Shown piece by piece: positions 60,440 through 64,000 of a stretch of 64,000 nucleotides of DNA; the first letter of the stretch is position 1; the number at the start of each line of letters is the position of its first letter. The translations under genes and the position numbers were made by a program. The notes under the pieces are model-generated. The model saw only the letters and a list, made by a program, of their open reading frames with translations, was not told the DNA's origin and made no database searches. Where the stretch lies: contig MU053934.1 of the NCBI GenBank assembly GCA_013239625.1, forward strand, positions 2,684,399-2,748,398. Direction: 5' to 3'. The DNA is from Lama guanicoe (lineage: Eukaryota).

Positions 60440-61830
60440 CATGGCATGTGATGATACATAGTGCATTCACAGTCTTGTGCAGTCACCACCTCTCTCTAGT
60501 TTCAGAACTTTTTCATCACCCCGAAAGAACACCCCATACCCATTAAGTGATTAGTCCCCATTTCCCTTTTCCATCCATCTCCTGGCAACCTCAGATCTGC
60601 TTTCTACCTCCATGGGTTTCCCTATTCTGGCTCTTTCATATAAAAGGACATTTTGTGTCTGGATTCTTTCACTTAGCATAATGTTTTCAAGGTTCATCTA
60701 TGTTGTAGCATGTATCTGTACTCTATTCTTTTTTATGGCTGAATAGTATTCCATCATATGGATATACACACTTTGATTATCTGTTCATCCAGTGATGGAC
60801 ATTTGGGTTGTTTTCACCTTTTGACTATTGAAGAATGCTGTTATAAACATTTATTTACAAGTTTCTGTGTGGACCTGTTGTCAATTCTCTTGGATATATA
60901 TCTAAGCTGGATTTCAGGAGCATGTAGAAATTCTATATTTAAGTTTTGGAAGACCTACCAAACTGTTTTCCACAGTGACTGCACCATTTTATGCTCTCAG
61001 CAGCAATCCATGATGGTACCAATTTCTCCACATCCCTGCAAATAATTCTTATCTTCATTTTTAAAAATTACAGCCATCCTAGTGCATGTGAAGTGGGATC
61101 TCACTGTGGTTTTGGTTTTCATCTCTAACAACCACTGATGTGGAACACCTTTTTCTGTACTCGTTGGCCATTTGTATGTATTATCTGGAGAGAAGTCTGT
61201 TCAAGTCATTTGCCTATTTTTAAATTGGTTCGTGTGATGCTTAATTTTATGTGTCATCTCAACTGGGCCATAGGATGCCCAGATGTTTGGTCAAACATTA
61301 TTTTGGATGTGCCTTTGAGCGCATTTTCGGATGAGCATGACATTTAAATTGGTTGACTGAGTAAAGCAGATTATCTTCCCTAATGTGGGTGGGCCGCATC
61401 CAATCAGTTGAAGGCCTAGATAGAACAAACAGGCTGGCCTTCTTGTGCAAGAGAATTCTTCAGCCTGACTGCCTTTGAACTGGAACACTGGCTTTTTTCT
61501 TGCCTTCAGATTGACTGGAACTACACCATTGGCTCTGTTGGGTCGCCAGCTTGTCTATTAACCCTGCAGATCTTGGAACTTGTTAGCCTGCATAATTGCA
61601 TGACCCAATTTTTTCTAGTAAATTATATATATAAATTATATTTTATATAATATGGAGATATACACATATATAGAGAGGTATCTCCAGTTGATTCTGTTTC
61701 TCTGGAGGACCCTGACTACATCAGGTTGTTTGTGTTTTTTTGTTGCTGAGTTGTAAGACTTCTTTATATATTCATGACACTAAACCCTCACCAGATATAG
61801 GAGTTGCAAATATCTCCTTCCCATCAGGAA
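60440..61830 (-). mobile_element. L1MB-type fragment split by an MLT2 LTR
   Basis: tcacttagcataatgttttcaaggttcatc and gatggacatttgggttg; L1 sequence resumes at about 61722 (ttgttgctgagttgtaag). Confidence 0.8.
61233..61720 (+). mobile_element. MLT2 (ERVL) solo LTR
   Basis: tgtgatgcttaattttatgtgtc...taatgtgggtgggccgcatccaatcagttgaaggcct...ttctgtttctctggaggaccctgactaca. Confidence 0.88.
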
Positions 61831-64000
61831 GATGGATTATGAAATGGATTAGGTGTGGATGGAAGCACAAAGCTGGAGTCCCTCTGAATGGAAATTCCAC
61901 AAGCACAGGCCTCATCTGGTTTATTTATTGTAGGATCCCCCTCCTCCCCACTGTGCCTGCACATAGTAGATGCTCAGTAAAGGGTCATAAGTGAAAATGA
62001 GCAAGTAAACTTTAGTGTTCAGGAGGAGCAGAGAAGGCTTTCCAGAGGCAGCCTCATTTGGCTGAGGATTGAAGCTTTCATAGGACTTAGCCAGACAGGG
62101 AAGAAACAGTGGTCCAGGCTGAAGGCGTGGCCTATGGGAAGGCCCAGAAGAAAGAAAGAACTTGGCAATTTCGAGGAATGGAGCATCCTGTCTAGCCGGA
62201 GCAGAGAATGTGGGGATAACTGCAGGGCTGGAAGACTGAGTTGGGGCGGGGGTGATAGGAGAGTGCTGGCAAGGCAGTGAGAGAGGAGAATGCTGAGGTT
62301 GGAAGGGGTCAGACACAAAGGGCTTTGGAGGCTGTTAAGGAGTTTGAGGACCTCTGAGAAAGAGAGAGGAAGCTCAAAGCAGTGAAGTGTTAATGAATGG
62401 CTGGAAGCCATAGGAAGTCATCTCCTGCAGAAGATGCAGGGGAGGCAGGAGGAGAACATGGGCTCTGGCTCTGGATCCCGGCTCCTCGTGGTTTGAATCT
62501 TGGTTCTGTCCCCTATCAGATGAAGACTAGGGTCAAGCAAATGGGGCTTGACATCTCAGCCAAGATACTTACGCTCCATTTCCTCATCTACAAAATAGGG
62601 ATAATGAGGATACCCTGGTTTGAGTGCCACCACACATAGGGCAGCCTACCCTTGGCCCTTGGGAGCCTCAAATCTGATCCCCATCAAGCCCCAGATGCAG
62701 ACAGACCCTCTACCCCTTCCCTGAGAAGGTGCAGGAAAAGTGGAAACAGGTAATTCAGCTGAGGGCCCATTGGAATGCGGTTTGGGGTCCAGGCTGGCTG
62801 CTCAGGCCCTTCTCTGGCTGGACCGATGGAGGAAGAGGCAAGGTAGGCAGAGAGTATCCCACTGCGAACCGCCGCCCACAAACGGCCTCCTGATTCCTAT
62901 ACAAGGCTGAATGTCAGATTCACCCAGTTCGAATGTTCCCCGGCTAATGTCCCTGCAGGGGCCCTGGGGGCATTTTTACTGTGAGAGGCTGAGCCAGGAG
63001 ACTGAATGCTCTGGGAAGAGTTCTCAAAATTACTATGATGACTCAGGGGAATGCTTCTAAAGTGCTTGGCTGTGTAGGGCACAGTAATCATTCAAAAATT
63101 ATTTGTTGAGTAGATGAATAAATGTTTTCAACATCCATTTTTCTATCTTCATTTTTATTAGCTGTGGTTTGGGCAAATTATGTAACCTCTCTGAACCTCA
63201 GTGTTTTTCACTTGTTGTCTTCTTTGGAGGGTCATGGTCTGGATTAAGAGGTGGTGTACACAAAGCATCTGGCACAAAGTCAGTGCTAAAAGGAGGAAGA
63301 GGTAGATGTGGATGGCTGCTCTTTCCAGCCCCAGAACTGGAGCCTGGCACAGTCATATTCTCCAAGCCCGTGGCTGAAAGAGGAGTGACTTTCCCCATCC
63401 ATCCTTCCCACTTCTGGTCCTTCCTCACTGCCTCCCACGCCCCCCCCCACATCCTTTCCCTGTTCTTGGACATTCAATCCATCATTCAGCTCTCTGTCCA
63501 CATGCAGGCTGCTTATCAAGAAGCATTCAGGAATCGATTCTCTGGCTCCTTCTTGCAGCCGCACACTTTCTCCCTACCTGCTCCCAGCCTCTCCCAGACA
63601 GAAGGGAGACAGCGATAATGAGTGAGGCTCCCCTGAGCATATCAATGAAGAAAAGGAGTCATGGTCAGCTGATGAGCAAAGTGAGAAGGCTGCGCAGAGG
63701 CTGGTGATGAGCTGCTGGGGGCTGGATAATGTTTTCTGTGTGACTGGCTCTGCCTGTGTCCACAGATGGACACCATCCAGAATCAGGGTGCCCCCATCCT
63801 TGGGGTCACAGGGACTGGTTCAGAGAGGGATGCAGGCCCAGGAGGGGGCTACCAGGGTTGGGGTTCTGGCCCCACCACTTACTAGCACTGTGATATTGGG
63901 TAAATACATCACTTCTCTGTGCCTCAGTTTCCTCATCTATACAATGGAGAGAGTAACAGTCCCCACTTCACAGGGTTGTTGTACAGATGCAATCACGTAA

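Noticed and set aside
47700..64000. PVALB exons expected from recalled synteny
   Set aside because: No EF-hand or parvalbumin C-terminal coding sequence found by eye; the gene probably lies beyond the window
1..64000. CRISPR arrays, operons, tRNA/rRNA/snRNA genes, or a novel multi-gene system
   Set aside because: Eukaryotic locus with no regularly spaced repeat-spacer array and no recognisable structured RNA gene; small ncRNAs cannot be excluded without an Infernal/Rfam search

Overview
Mammalian genomic DNA, not microbial. The youngest L1 3' ends resemble camelid L1 as I recall it, and I saw no Alu, B1, Bov-A or PRE-1 SINEs; the species call is tentative. The window holds one complete protein-coding gene: IFT27 (RABL4/BBS19, the Rab-like GTPase of intraflagellar transport complex B) on the minus strand. 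It has 7 coding exons from 46669 to 28756, totalling 561 nt (186 aa plus stop), with all splice phases consistent. A CpG-island promoter lies at about 46.7-47.6 kb and an AATAAA at 28647-28652. The rest is intergenic or intronic DNA rich in MIR, L2, L1, MaLR/ERVL LTRs and hAT elements. By recalled human synteny CACNG2 lies to the left and PVALB to the right, but no exon of either was seen. Most notable points: a tandem CAGGAG acceptor that can delete the first P-loop glycine, a GC-AG intron followed by (ACC)7, an RFX X-box overlapping the start codon, a Leu at a normally aromatic position before G3, a twin-primed L1, an RTE-like LINE relic, and a CTCF site with its upstream module. I found no evidence of a genuinely new multi-gene system. 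The ORF-track entries look like exon fragments, repeats or chance ORFs.
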